Source: Atractiella rhizophila
Lineage: Eukaryota
Length of the DNA: 51,161 nt
NCBI GenBank assembly: GCA_021432655.1
Contig: MU271240.1
Coordinates: forward strand, 76,534 to 127,694
Direction: 5' to 3'
Below, in pieces: positions 1 to 13,411 of this stretch. The notes under the pieces are model-generated. The model worked only from the letters and a program-made list of their open reading frames with translations, was not told the origin of the DNA and did not search any database. Position numbers and translations under genes: made by a program. Each line of letters begins with the position of its first letter. The stretch's first letter is position 1.

Positions 1-135
1 TACGACACAGCTATCCGCTTCAAAGATACCTTGCGCATGTTATACTTGGTCAAACTCCCCATCGAAGATTACGAAAAAGAGACCTTGGTGAAGAACTTGA
101 CCGATGCGGGAATGACCTTGAAATTGAAGCTCTGA
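1..135 (+). other. Possible 3' end of a coding exon entering from upstream of the window
   Basis: Frame 1 is open from base 1 to TGA 133-135 (YDTAIRFKDTLRMLYLVKLPIEDYEKETLVKNLTDAGMTLKLKL*) and looks protein-like, but no family is recognised. Confidence 0.25.
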
Positions 136-364
136 CGTGATGGCTTGGTATAGGAATGGACCGGAGAATTCAATATCTCCTTCTCTCAAATCGTACTGGT
201 GGTCATGTGGACAAGTGAGGAAGTGAGGCAGACAGGTAGAGGGATGCCTTGTCATTTCTTCGCTCGCCGTTCCGTTTACACAGTGTAGCAGCACTTGAAA
301 AATTGTCATCAACTTGGTTCCGGGGGACTGTGGTGTCAAATTATCTAAGGTATACGTAAACTAA

Positions 365-2583
365 TTAATGCAGAAGATCCGTAAAAGGATCACGTTTTGA
401 AGGCGGAACAACGACATGGGCGGTCTCGAGGGAGGATGATGGGAGGTCGAAAATTATAGTGTCAGGAACGACGACTGGTTTCCTTGAAGGTGGGGCACGG
501 TAACCAGCGAGGATAGAGTCATAGTCGAAGCCTAGAACACTTGTCAGACCGTCGCCAGTTAGCAAAAGTGGACGAACTCGAAGGAGCCTTTTTGGAGGGA
601 ATCGAAGAAGGTTGAGGTTTTGGACTAGCCATTCCAGCGAGTATGAGTCTCCTAAACGCGGGTCCATCCAAAACCTCCACCGGCTTCCCACTCTCCGTCT
701 TCTTTGTTACCTTTAGGGAGGGCAAGAATCACACATCAGCCTCTCTCTCTTGTGACAAAGAGGTAGAACGAACCTTCTCTTCCTTCTTCTTCTTCAAGTC
801 TGGCTTCTCCCCAGTGCTCACGAACCTCAACACGTCCTCCTTGGTCAACCGTCCATCCTTCCCACTCCCTAGCCCAATCTTCTTGCCCGCATCCTCGATC
901 TCGTTGATAGCTAAGAGGCGTGCGACGGCAGGAGAAATGGGTTTAGGATGGGTGGGAGCTGAGAGGAAGTGTGGGGGGCAGGCGCTGTTTGCGATTGCGA
1001 TTGGGGTTTCGGTGTTGTCGGAGAAGTCGGAGAGGGAGGGGACGCTTTTGAGGGTTCCTTCGATTCAGTTTTAGACGAGGAGGGAGCGGCTTCCTCTGGC
1101 AGGGTCAGGTTTGAGATGTCCTCTCCCTTTTCGACGAGGATGGCGATTGGACGTCCGACTTTGATTCCCTCCGCATGGTCTCCCACCTGTAGCCCGAATA
1201 GTCAGTTTTGGATCTGTCTGAGCATTAAAGGGCAAAAGCGGCGTGAACAATAATGTATGTAAGAAAGAGCGAATGACGTGGGTAAAGCTACATGTTAGAG
1301 AAAATGGCCCAAGCAATGGAAGGTTGGCACAGAACCAGTCCGTAATCTGGCATCATGTGTAAATGATGGATATGAACCCTTTTACGAGGGGAGGGACCTC
1401 TCTGATATTCTGAGTGAGACTGCATACGGTGAGCTGCGAGCAAACAAAGCGTAGCTTCGATCCATCCACACAGGACTCTCTCAAACGGTCGTCTTTATAT
1501 TTTGGACGAACTCATCTGATCTTCGATGGCGAGCTGTAGCTAGTTGACGTAGTCGCGCACTGATGACTTGAAGCAGAAGTCCACAAACCCAACACCCAAT
1601 ATCATCTATTCCTTCGGGTTTCATTCTTCCTTTCTGCAGCCACACCATACTTTGTACGCTTGCGATCCCTGGTAGAAATATACCAGGTGTCAAAGAGGTC
1701 ATGAGTCTCTCTGGGTAGGGCTGCAAGACCCTGGCCGATTGAAATTGAATGCAGGCGACAATGGCAAGCTCATTCTTTCTCTCTCCCGCGAAGAGAAAGA
1801 ATGAATTTCCGATTGATTTGTAGTTCACAAGCGTAGCTACCAACGGCAGGCATGATGTGAAGAAGAAAATAAACGGGAAGAATACTCAGGTCGCGATCCG
1901 AGGATCACTCACTTTACAATCCACCCTAGAAGGTTGAAACTTTCTTTCTTTCTCAGGAGGCGAATTATATGCGTGATAATGAAATGTAGCTGAAATTGGA
2001 TATGAGCAACAGGAAAACATCATCGACGAAATGTGCTACACAGATATTCCAGAACAAACGGATAGCTCGACATTTCGCACACCCGGCTTCGACACGCTCA
2101 TTTGTTCTGTAAATGAGGTATAAGATAAGCAATAACGCTGAATGGCGGCTTTAGGTAAATAGAAGGCACTTCTTTCTCCCTCTATCCAGCTTGTCGCAGC
2201 CAGCTCAAAATTGCCCTAGCAATCCCACGCATTCCTTATATTGATACAAGGAACATCGAGTGTCGCCACTCTCTCCTCACCGCGCACCAACAGACTGAGC
2301 AGAGTGAAAGCAAAGAAAGAATACACACCAACACCTTTCCGACCCTCCCCTCCTCCTGCGCCTCCACCTCCACCTCCGCCTTATCAGTCTCGACGCTGAG
2401 CAGTATGTCACCCTCGTTAAACTCGTCCCCCTCCTTAAACCGCCACGTGCCTATCTTCCCCTCTTCCATCGTCGGCGAGAGAGAGGGCATGAGGAAGGTC
2501 GTTTGCGCGTACCGTGGGCGGACGGTTGAAAGGAAGCGGGCGCGCGCACTGTGGCGGAAGAGGGAGGGCGGGAGACGGTGCAT
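365..2583 (-). CDS. PDX1: Mitochondrial pyruvate dehydrogenase complex protein X (E3-binding protein), 4 exons, apparent frameshift near 975
   Basis: Arg/Ser-rich presequence; lipoyl domain ([13 protein letters not shown]...[39 protein letters not shown]); E3-binding domain ([10 protein letters not shown]...[14 protein letters not shown]); no acetyltransferase domain. Exons 2583-2329, 1186-774, 710-578, 531-365, with GT-AG introns and CTGAC/GCTGAT/GCTAAC branch sites. Confidence 0.85.
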
Positions 2584-3865
2584 GACGCTGGATGGGTTGG
2601 ATGGGAAGTTACGAAGAGGAGCAACTCAAAACAAGAGAGCAAAAGTGTTGGGGAGCAAGAAGATTACGGCGCTAGTGAGGGAACTTTAGTCTTCTATTGA
2701 TTCAAAGCATCAGCATGGGTACAAAAAAATGGGCATCTGCGTCCAACGTCCCGACGTTATCTTCTCTCCTATTAGGAGCTAACTCACCGATATCTGCATT
2801 ATTTGACTTCTCCATCGAACTGGTCTGATTTGTGCTGAGATGGTTACATCGTAAAATGGCTGAAGTTTCGTCCTCTGGGTGTGTAACAGAGGCACATTCT
2901 CAGGCATTTTCTTTCTGTTTCCTTTTCTCATTGCAATCTAACATGGATTGTGGCCCCTAGTCTAGCATCGAAATGATGGAGCAGATCCCAAGATGGTACT
3001 TTCGGCCTGATGACCCCTGGCTTGAAGATGCTTTCTGTCCAAATTCATCCGCAGAAGCCAACGAGGAACCAATATCTCACCTCGCAACCTCAATCTATCC
3101 TAAATTGCATACGTTACTGACAAGCTCGAATGCGCTCCACTTCATCAAGAATGGCAACTGGTCCTATGCTAGTGCCTCCTCAGGGCCTTTTGGATTGCGC
3201 GGGACCTTTCGGTCCGCTTGGCTCAATGTTGGATTTAAGATTGTTCCTCGGCCTAATTTGTGGACTGCTGGCGAATTCGCACTGCTCTAATGATTCTTTT
3301 GGTAATCATTCTGTCTGTTGACTGTTTGAAGACTGACTTAGTTCTTGCGTTTAGGTGAAGTAAATTTGATGTGATGATGATGATGAAATCATATCAACAA
3401 GCTTTTTGGGACCGGAAGGTCATGAAGCTCTCCATTTGGATTGTAGATACAAGGCCACGTGGGTTAGTTGCCTTGGCCATTTGACTAGACTCTTCTCCCT
3501 TTCAATTTCATTTGCTTCCTACTCCTCTCCAAACCCAGGGGCCTTTGCAGGGTGGTGTGTTCACCTGGTTTTGGGATGATTGCGACTGTATCCAAGAGAT
3601 GTTAGATGTGTGTTCTGTAAACGGGGGCAGTGGAAGTAGAAATACAAAGAATACACTGAAGCCAATGAGGAAGAAAGGGAGTTAAAAGAAAGAGTAAAAG
3701 GTGTTGTAAAGCGAAAGAAGACCGAATCTAAGGGGTTAAAGAGAAGGATTCAGAAAGGCTTAGCTTCAGAATATGTGGGCATGAGGAGGTTGAGTGCGCC
3801 TTCTTATCCTACCCCAACCTGGATGCCAGATGGCAGGGCAGCGTCATGCGCTTTCTTCTTGTGTC

Positions 3866-6800
3866 TTAGGACCCTCTCCGTGGCTCGAGTGTGGGTAGGA
3901 AACCTCCTGGATGCACGGATGAACTTCCAAAGTGGTGGAAGGGCGTCAGGGTTGGAAAGGACCACGGTGTAGCTCGTAAGGCGTATTCCTGCTTTGGCCA
4001 AGTTCGACTTAAGGGTGTTGCGGTGCTTCCGGTATCTCCCACACGACAAAAGGTAACGACAAAACTCACAGAGGGGGACCCCTGTACCTTCCTTTGATGC
4101 AGGTAGTCCCCAAGTCCAATGTGCCCTGATCTAAGCAGAACCACCGCGGAGGCTACCGGTCTTGGCAGTTCTGAAAGCATCTTGTAGGTGGCAGCTGATG
4201 ACAGTTTGCCTTTGGCCTTGTCGTGGTGTTTGGATGTGTTGGGATTCGAAGGCAGAGAGGGAGCAAGGGAGCAAATGGTTTGGGAAAAGGAGGACGGACT
4301 GAAGGGGAAAGGATAAGGGGGGTGGTCTCCTACTGACTCCGGCGCTTTTCGTGCCAGACTGTCAGCTGCTTCGTTTCCCTCTAAGTCGCAGTGGCCCGGG
4401 ATCCACTGAAGGCGGACGCGAACGTGGGGATGTAGCTCAGAAAGAATAGCGAGGGAAGCGTGGATATCCAGGAGGATGTGTTGACCAGGGCGCGCGTTAG
4501 GGCGGCCTGCAAGGGATATGATGGCACTTTGGTTGTCCGAGAAGATGGCAACATTTGGGGGGAGGACTTCGTCTTGTAAGAGGCGCCCTAGCACGACCTT
4601 GATAGCTGTCAACTCCACCTCGATGACCAAGTTTCTCCCTGCTTCTCCCAGCCTAACATATCTGCCCCATCCTGACTCCAGCTCCACCGCGGCCACACCC
4701 ACTCCTTTGTCACCACTCGAGCCATCAGAAAATATATGCAGGTCCATCCTATTGTTAGCAATCTCGTTATACGCTTCAAGCGCGAGTTCTTTAGTGTCAG
4801 GTATCAAGGTTACGAAGAGCAGGAGAAAGTCGGAGGGGAGGGGAAGAGGGTTTAGGATCTCAAGGTCGACAGGGAAGGAAATGTTGGAAGAGTGAAAGAT
4901 GTGGTGAAGCGGGGCGGGGAACTTATTAACGAAAGAAATCCTGCGGGAGCGAGCCAGCACTCCAGCAGGGTTGGAATCAGGGAGGGTAAGTAAGCGGAGA
5001 GCACAGTGGAGGACTAGCTTGTCGAGGCGGGCAAGGGGTCGAGGAGGTTGGAGTCGAAGGAGAGAGCAGATATGGGTGTCGACTTAAAGGCTCCCAGCAT
5101 AATTCGTTGGGTCGTGTGGTGTAGGACTTCCAGTCTTCTGACGATGGCTGAATGGGTGTGAGGGCGATGCCAAAAGACGGCGGCATCGTCTATGGCGGCG
5201 CAGACTGTGGAGATGTAGAGGCGACGGAACTGAGCCAAGGAATGCCTTCAGTGGTCTTGGCTAGTGACGTGATTGTCATCAGGTGCTTTCTTCCCTTCTC
5301 CTCGATAGAGACAAGTTGGGGCTTCCAGCGGAGGTCCTTATCGAGAACGACCCTGAGGAGGGTTGCATTGTCAGACATCTCTAGTCTCTCACCTCAGAAC
5401 CGAAGTCTAAGTCCAGCAGTTATCCTTCGACGATTGCGAGCAAAGATGACAAACTTAGATTTGTTTCTCTCAAATAGTGCTCCGTGGGAACTCCCTCACT
5501 CCTCTACCTCATCAATCATCCCCTCAAGTCCCCTTATGGCTAGCATTACTGATGACGACCTGTACAAATAGGACACATCGTCGATAAAGCCAGTTGATTG
5601 GGAATCCCGTTCGGCTGCTACCTTAAGCAAGGAGGCATTGCAGAACAGGTAAAGGATAGGGGAGAGCAGAGAGCCCTGGACCAGGTCGATTTTGATGGGT
5701 AGTTGGGATGAAATGAAGCCATCGAATAAGTAGGAGGTGGACTGTCCAACAAGCTATGAAGAAACCAAGTCACAGAAGCGTGAGTCAACCTTTGCCTTCC
5801 GGAGGTCGTCGACTAGCCTGCTGTAGATGACAGAGGGGAAGGCAGCTTTCACGCCGAGGAACACAGCTGCAGTCACTTGCCCCTTTCACCATCCTTCCAT
5901 AACGAATTCGATTACTGAAAGAAGAGCGTCCGTTGTGCTGTGACCTGACCGACCTCCAAAGCGCTGGTTGGGTAGAAGGAGATGCTTTTCAGCATAGAAT
6001 ACAAGTTTCGCAGCCAGAACTCCATCAAAAACTTTAGCGAGGCACTTCAGAAGAGCGATCAGGCGGTAGGCTTTGGGAATGGAGTAATCCGGTTTCTTGG
6101 GCTTTTTTAATATTGCCGTAGAGAAACATTTCCACTTTTGCGGATAATAAGAGAGATCATAGCATGAAATAATAATGTGAAAAAGTACTTCCCTGATTTT
6201 GGGCCATAGTTTTTTGAGGACCCAGTTAGAGATCCCATCATTCCCTGGTGCCGACTTCTTTTTGGGGTTTTCGATATATCAATCCAGCTCTTGGATTTCA
6301 ATTTCACTGAAGTCTATCCAGCCTTCATTCGTAGATCTTTCCTGTTGTAAGTCATCTGGTTTGGGATTGGGGTGTGAGGCGCTGAAGGTGTCATGAAACA
6401 CCCTCGTCTTTCCCTCATTGTTAAAAGTGAAGGAATTATCAGGATTCTGGAGTGGCGGGATTTGTCTTTCGCGGCTCTCATGTTTAGCGTATGATGAAGC
6501 AGTCCAGAGCAACTGTTTATCGAAGCTGGCTAGGAAGTTGTTCCAGTGTGAACGCTTGCGTGCTTTGACCACACGATGGAAGGTCTGAAGGGAACTTTGC
6601 CACAATGCATAGTCCCCTTCGCTTTCCGTCTTCTGGAACCTGTTCCTTCGCTTGCTTGCATTCGCACAGAGATCCGTGAGTTCCTCGTCCCACCACCTCT
6701 TGGAAAACTTCGATTTCTTCACTTTTTTGGTCGACACCCCAGCGCTGATTGCATAGAAAAAGTGAGGTACTCAACTGCAGCTTCAATGTCTTCTTCACGG

Positions 6801-7135
6801 TTCAGAGGAGTTTCTTGTTCAAAGGGATAACTCTTCAAATGAGCTTCAACATCCTCTCTCATCTTGTTCCAATCTGCCTTGGTCAGATTGAGGTATAGGA
6901 GAGATTATTTGAGAGGTGGACGAGCTGTGAATCGTCTCAGAGTTGACTAAAATGGCAGAACGAGCGGAGGGAGATGTAGAGAAACGGCGCCAGCTTGGGT
7001 AAAACGGAAGAGATTGACCCGGAGTGACGTAAGGTTCCTACAGAAGTAAAATATCGAAATTGGTATGGGCAGAAGAAAGGAGTGAGTGGAAAGTGGCTGG
7101 AGATTTTTGTGTGTTGTATTGAAAGACTCGTAGAT
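3866..7135 (-). pseudogene. LINE ORF2 (truncated APE endonuclease, reverse transcriptase, RNase H)
   Basis: APE start LRVFQYNTQKS...DILLL*EPY (TAG 7038-7040); KADW and RWWDEEL linker; RT YRLIALLKCLAK...QGSLLSPILY...GFIDDV; RNase H IFSDGS...EVELTAI...IFSDNQSAI...WIPGH...GNEAADSLA. Multiple stops and frameshifts. Confidence 0.9.
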
Positions 7136-7389
7136 GGGCTGGTTTAAAGAAGGATGAAGCGAAGGAGTTTCCTGATGAGAGTTCCATGGGCTGTTTCCAA
7201 GACCAGGATCATCAGTGTAGGTAGACTGGTTGCTGGATGATGTGAGAAAGGGATTACAGAATGGAGATTGGTCTTGTGTAGGGGGAGGAGGGATCGGAAG
7301 GGGAAGAGGAGGAGGGCTATTTGGAAGTAGGGGAGATGGAGTGGGGAAAGGGAAAGGGATAGAAGAGGAATGAAAAGAAACAGGGGAAC

Positions 7390-8911
7390 TTAGCTGGATA
7401 AAAGAGTCTTCGGGAACAGGTGTAATGCTGTCGTTCGTTTCAGATAGAATCTGGAAGAACCAACTTGAATTCGATGCGAGAGCCTTGTTTTGTTCAGGAC
7501 ATCACACTCCAAACCCTTGCAAAGAGCGTTGTGTTTTGTAGAATTACATAAAGAACACCTAATTGGTCTATGGGAGCAAGATTGTGCATCGCGACATGAA
7601 ATTGTATTTGCACCTAAAATGGAGCAGGACTTAGTGAAGTGGGGGCTGGCACAAACCCCACAGAACGGGTGCCTTGCATCTCGCGGCGGTAGACCAGGTT
7701 GTTGACACTTAAAGCAATGGAGGACATCTCTGATCGATTTCTCCACCGTATATGCTTTCTTCTTCAAGTCGACTCTGAAGAAGAAATTCGAAGACGAATC
7801 GGCCGCTTCAACCTTAATCTCAGCGACCACATTTCTAAGTTAACCTGGTGCCGAACTAAGAAGAATTCAACCTCCTCCAATCAGGAGAAAGTGAAAACTC
7901 ACTCTTCCCTCATCATAATCCTCAACAACGCCTCAGCCGCCAACACACTGATACAGTTCGGTCTCATCATCGACTGGAAAGTGGGGACGGCATGAACTAT
8001 GGCCGGGAAAGCTTTGCATTTGATGGACCATCTGCTCTCGAGGTGGGGAATCCACTGTTCCTGAGTCTCAATCACGACTTGAGCTTCAGCTGCATTGTAG
8101 AAGTGTAGGCGGAGGTCGCCGCTTTTGAGTCGTTGGGCTGCTCGTACTCTGACGTGCGGACTTTGCGAGGGGTCGGACGTGGTGGCTTTCTCTTTCCTTG
8201 GTGTCTTTTTATAGACTGGACTTGGGATGTTTCTGGCTATGAAGAGGTCATTGATTATCAGGACCAATTTCTGGGGCTCCTCTTTAATGAGGGTGTACTC
8301 CGGAATGGCTCCTTCTTCGAGCAGGTCGTTGAGAGGGGAGGCTGCCACAGGGTCCAGGGGGGCCTTCAGTGTGAGCTGTAGAGCCTCGTTAGCAGCGATT
8401 TGAGCAAGGGGGGAGGGAGGTTTTGGGTGGGAGATAGAGTGGGGAGGAGAGAAGGTAAGTGCTTAGCATTGGGGTCCCCATGCAGCTTCTGCAGGTGGCT
8501 AGCCATGCTCTCTGCTGTCTTCGCTCCCAACGTAGCCAGATTGACGGATAATGAGAGCGCAGCTACTGCGTCTTTCAGGTCTGCCACCTGTCCTTTCAGA
8601 GTATCAACTCCTTGCTTGATAGCAGAACCTATTTCTGTTGGAGAACTGAGTAGATCGGCCGGGTGGTTGACTAGGCTGTCAAGAAAGTCGAACTCCTGGT
8701 TCTTGAATGTCATCGATGTTTGATTCTTTTTAGCCTGCGTGTGTTGTAGAGGAAGTCTCGTAGGAGCTATAGGACCTTCGTGGGATCGTTGTAGTTGGTT
8801 GGGCTGGGGAGGAGGTCGGGTAGGAATCTTTTGGCTTTTGGTGTCTTGGGCAGGAGAGGAGCGTTGTTGGCATAGTCCGGATGCCTTTTGTCCCTGACAG
8901 CAGCGGCCCAT
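7390..8911 (-). pseudogene. LINE ORF1 (gag-like, zinc knuckles), frameshifted
   Basis: Broken ORFs 8366-8911, 7899-8348 (RAAQRLKSGDLRL...AIVHAVP) and 7390-7830 (HCFKCQQPG...CGVCASPH...CSLCNSTKH). Confidence 0.75.
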
Positions 8912-10508
8912 GTTGATTTAGAATCTGCCTCAACATCCAATCTCGCTGGAGCAGGAGTTGGGGATGCTGGCTCCTCCCTTCCAGCTTGAGAGCCTGGTGG
9001 AAGGAGGGCCTGGAAGAGGTGGTACAGAGTTTGTTTCGGTGGAATTTTGGCGGAGTTGTTGGTAGAGGGGAAGGGGTTATTTTGTTTGTTTAAAAAAAAA
9101 TTTACTGAGAGGGTGGATGTTTGCGATGTTGGTCGTTTTTTCTAAATTTGACGTGTGCATTGTTGAGAACAAATGAGTGAATCCATTATTTACACAGCTC
9201 TACGACATTGGGCCTGATGAATCGCTTATCAACTTTGGCAGTGAACCCACACCCCTTCGATCAGATCTGCTAACCACGTGTCTAGCCCAACTTCAGTTTG
9301 TTCACCAGTTTGCCAGCAGTAATCGTTCAGATACACGAGATGTTATCACGGCTTTTGGTCTGAGCCATACTTCTTACCCTCGTCCTCATTTCCTGCCTTC
9401 TTTAACTCCCCATAGGAGTCCAAATTGGACAAATCCAACCTCAACTGCTTGGCAAACAAGTCATTAGGGGGAATGGCTACAGCAGTGATGTCGAAAACTT
9501 CTTTGGCGGTGCGACCAGAGGACCCGGACCGCACACTGTTTTCGACTACACATTCCTGTATCGCACCATGTTCTCCGTACGAACCTACGAACCTCTTCAA
9601 AATCCAATGCCCCCCCTCTCTCCTCTTCCAAGACAGTATTCCGGCACTCCCAGAGTCATGCTGTCTGACAAAAGGCTCATATGCACACCTGCAAAAGGAG
9701 AGAGAGTGGGAGTGGGAGCCAGAGGTTGAACTCTCTAACAAGAGGATGCAGATTGAGCCTGCTCCCCCACCTTGGGATCCAAATGGAATGCCTCCTGAGC
9801 TTCAAGAGAGTCGCATGCAGTCGCACAGCCATGAGTTTCAAGACATTCGCATGCACTCGCACATCCATCATCCCCCACTACCATCAGTGACGAACGGAAG
9901 AGGATACAATCAAGATCAGTCATGGGAGAACAAGTTGAATCAGTCTGAACTCGGTGAGCATGCTTTGTATTACCAGAGGAGAGTTCGAACAGAGTGGTGA
10001 TTTTTGATTCGTCTTTGACCGTCACAATTTTATCTCCTTGCCAAGACAATAACCCACATTCCTATCCATATTCTACCACTTGCGCTCCGAGTAGTCTTGC
10101 TGACATCAATTCGCAAATGCAAAATCTCTTGTAGCGAAGTGCAAGGCAAAGCTTCAATATCACCCAAATTGAGATTAGTAAATGTGACAGCAGCTCGCAG
10201 GTTGATCTAACTCCCACGATCGAACAACTATTCGGCGGTTCAAACGAAACGCATACTACTGCCTCTGTCAATTCACACGCTCCGGATCACTTTTGTCTTG
10301 CCTTATTTCATGAAATGACTAGATCTAGATCTGGATTCGAATGTGACAATGAATATTTGCCCTCGAAATTGTCCTACTTTTCACTTGGATCTTTTGAGAA
10401 TGGGGTTAAAGCGAGAGTGAAGCAAATCTTCAGGTCATCTTCAGTTCGAAACAAGTCGGGGTAATCTTTGGGGACATCATACAAACTGTATCTGTTGATA
10501 GGGCAGAG

Positions 10509-11720
10509 ATGTTAACTCGCACTGCTTCACTCCCAGAAAATCGCTCTCTGGCGACCTTGGCTCCGATCGCTAACTACATCCAATCTCGGTGTGTTCCCAG
10601 TGATAATGATGATCCATACCCCTTGCCTGCGCATCTTGTCCAACTCTCATTCTCACCCGGTGATATGCCATGTTATATCTCATGCCTGCCTAATGAGATC
10701 TTTGATCTCATCTGCCATTTCCTCAGAGATGGAGAGTGTTCTTATGAGGAGACCAACTGTGATGCGCTCGCTAAAGTCTGCAAACTCTGGTGGACCCTTT
10801 CAGCTGCTTATATGGAAGAACCTTCGCATACAAGGGACAAGCACGATCGTTTGGGAGATTATCCAGGTGCACCTCTGGAGACGTCTCCTGCTTAGAGATG
10901 GTAAGAGCTCTTGGATGACAAAGGAGGTCACTTTAGGCTTGCCGAATCTTACGCAGGTGTACATGGATGCATTTTGGCATGGAGAGGAAACAAAGATGGT
11001 GTTGAATGCAATTGCAACCTGGCAACCCTAGAGGCAGTTACCTTTGGATGTCAGGGTTCAACATTGTGGAGGACGGAGGATGTGGAGCACCTGACACAGA
11101 GGAGGAGTACTGGGGTTAGGCAACTCAGTTCTTTTGGCAGTAGATGACAGAACTTCCTCCTCTTCTGCCCCTTCTGCATTGGCAGGGCTGGGATTACCTC
11201 CTGGCTTGATGTCCCTCATCCTTCTTAATTATCAATCCCTCTGCCTCCCAGGTACCTTCGGGAGCTGGCTGCTCTGACCAATCGATGTTGCCGACCTCCC
11301 TCTATCTTCGGTAACTGTCTACCACATGGTCTAAACCGTCTCATGCTGCAGCTTGATTGCTTTAGTGCTGATGAAAACACCTTCAACTTGCCCATTCCAT
11401 TCAACTTCTCACACCTCATACACCTCGCGTGCCTCCATCTTACGGGCAGTGAAGAAACTTTGAATCTTGTTTCCCCTTCGTTCTTCAGCACCCTCAGATA
11501 TGCGGAGGCAATAACAGAGATGTCAGTTATGTACTGTGTGGTAGACTGGAGTGGTTTTACAGGTTCACCCACTGGGTCTTCAGGGTTCGGGACAGGACAT
11601 ATCCTAGACTAGACGTTCTGCTATTCTTTGGAGAATGGCCAGAGGAGGAGATTGGAAAAGCATTGAAAACAATGAGTGTAAAGGTTAGACGGTTTTACGA
11701 CTAGACTTTACAAAGTATAT
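10509..11720 (+). pseudogene. F-box/LRR-like gene relic
   Basis: F-box-like YISCLPNEIFDLICHFL...LAKVCKLW; frameshift near 10870 into HLWRRLLL...LPNLTQVYMD; later Leu-rich segments (FSHLIHLACLHLTG) in broken frames. Confidence 0.6.
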
Positions 11721-13411
11721 GTCCTTTGATCTCTTTCACACTAGGTTTAAACAACAATCCTTTCATAAGCTAGGCACAAGACTTGACATCATTGGTTGTC
11801 GGTAATCCTTATGTTATTCCGAAGAAGTGCTATAAGATGAAATGTATACCAGTGGTTCAAAGGGTTGGTTGCAGAGGTGTTGATCCAGTCTCTGGAATGT
11901 GTTGAAGAGTAGAATGGTTGGAATACCTCAGATCCTTGCTTGTTTGAGCTCCTTTTACGTGGTTACAGAACTGTTTCAGAATATTCTAGACATTATGGGG
12001 ATGGCAGTTAAAGGTATTCAGAGAATGTTCCAGACTGTTCTACCATATTCCAGAGTAATTGTTCTTGACTGTTCTAAGATGTTCCGGAAGGTTCCGGTCC
12101 TAAGGCCTAACTATTACAGTGGTTAGAACACTGTGGACAAGGACCAGAACGAGGGCTCTTTTGATGTGAATGTTCACCATTTCTTCTCCTGGAAACAACT
12201 GTGGATACAAAAGTCAAGCTTGAGCTGACCGGATGCCATCAGTGTTGACTAGCTGATATATCAAAAACAAACCTCAAGCGTGCAATCCTTTGTCTCTGGC
12301 AGAAAGAAAAAAGCCCAAATCCATGCGATTGCATTACTTCCAAACCATATATAACCTGCATAACATCACGGTGTGAGTTTGCTTAATGGAAATGTCTTTC
12401 ACGACAAACGAAAAGCAATTAAACCTCCAGGGTGAAGGTTGGCGAACTGATCGCACAGTTACCCCTTTGAACTTAGACATATCGAGCCTCTATGAAATGT
12501 GGGCACAATGAGAAGGACAAGCATGTTCACCCTATTTAGGTTCCCAATTCAACTCCCTGAGAGTTTTGGAGCATTAGCTACAACTACCGTCACAAGGGAT
12601 GGGATGGTACTTGCGTGTATAAATGAAATACGGTGCTGTGTACGCTGATCAAGGTACCCAGAAGTGAGTTGTCTATGCACCTAAGGAAGGAAGCAACTAA
12701 CCAGCAACCCAGCCAAAGAGGAAACCCAATGCCGCACTGTTCTGCCGTTGTGAGCATCTAGGTTTATCAGAATTATCAACATACCCTAGACCTAAGGTGT
12801 ATGATCTGCAGCCTAAAGTCAGTTCAGGTAGACTGGACACAGCTCATACCGCAGTCTTTGAGATGAGATCTCGCCAGCTAAACACTAGTTAGGAACTTCA
12901 AGTATTCTTCAAGGAATTACCCACTAAGGACCCAACTGGCCGGCCCTACAAGTAGCCACATGGCAATTCGGAGAGAATTGTGCTTACCAGACCATCCAGC
13001 TGCCAACATGATTGATGTCAGAATGTTATATCGATCGATATGGAGTCTTACTGTAGAAGAAGAGATACATGGAGGTCTAGACACACCTGTTAAGCGGCAA
13101 AGGAACAGATGCTTACACTTACCATGGCTATCAGGGTATTGAGCGCCTTTGGATCTATCGGCATAGCAGTATAAATTATTCCATGCTGATGATTAGCTGT
13201 GTCAAAAGGCAAAACTACCGTATTTACCCAATAGTCAGCATCGTTAACCCTTGTACAGCAACAGCAATCAATATGATCTTTCCCCTCCGCAGCAGACGGA
13301 TAACGTGGCCCATGCAAATAATGGAAACTAGGCCAATAACGGTCAATACGATGTGGTTCTCGAATGGTTCTGAAATCTCAGTGACAATCATGTACCAATC
13401 CGCTAGCGTAT

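Larger units (their letters stand above)
3374..9142 (-). mobile_element. Full-length but degenerate non-LTR retrotransposon (LINE, Tad1-like, RNase H-containing)
   Basis: 13-bp TSD TAAATTTGA(T/C)GTG at 3361-3373 and 9143-9155; (CAT)n 3' tail; ORF1 with Cys/His knuckles; ORF2 with APE remnant, RT motifs and RNase H. Confidence 0.9.

Noticed and set aside
2973..3290. 105-aa ORF left of the LINE
   Set aside because: No recognisable family or splice model; may be a gene fragment but is unsupported.
9425..10000. 191-aa ORF next to the LINE 5' end
   Set aside because: TTG start, low-complexity content and no recognisable domain; cannot be supported as a gene.
11880..12130. GTTC(C/T)AG-rich segment resembling an LTR U3 region
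   Set aside because: No TSD, no clear termini and no second copy in the window.
12150..13100. Possible protein kinase relic (ELPTKDPTGRP)
   Set aside because: Single weak motif; no HRD/DFG/APE equivalents found.
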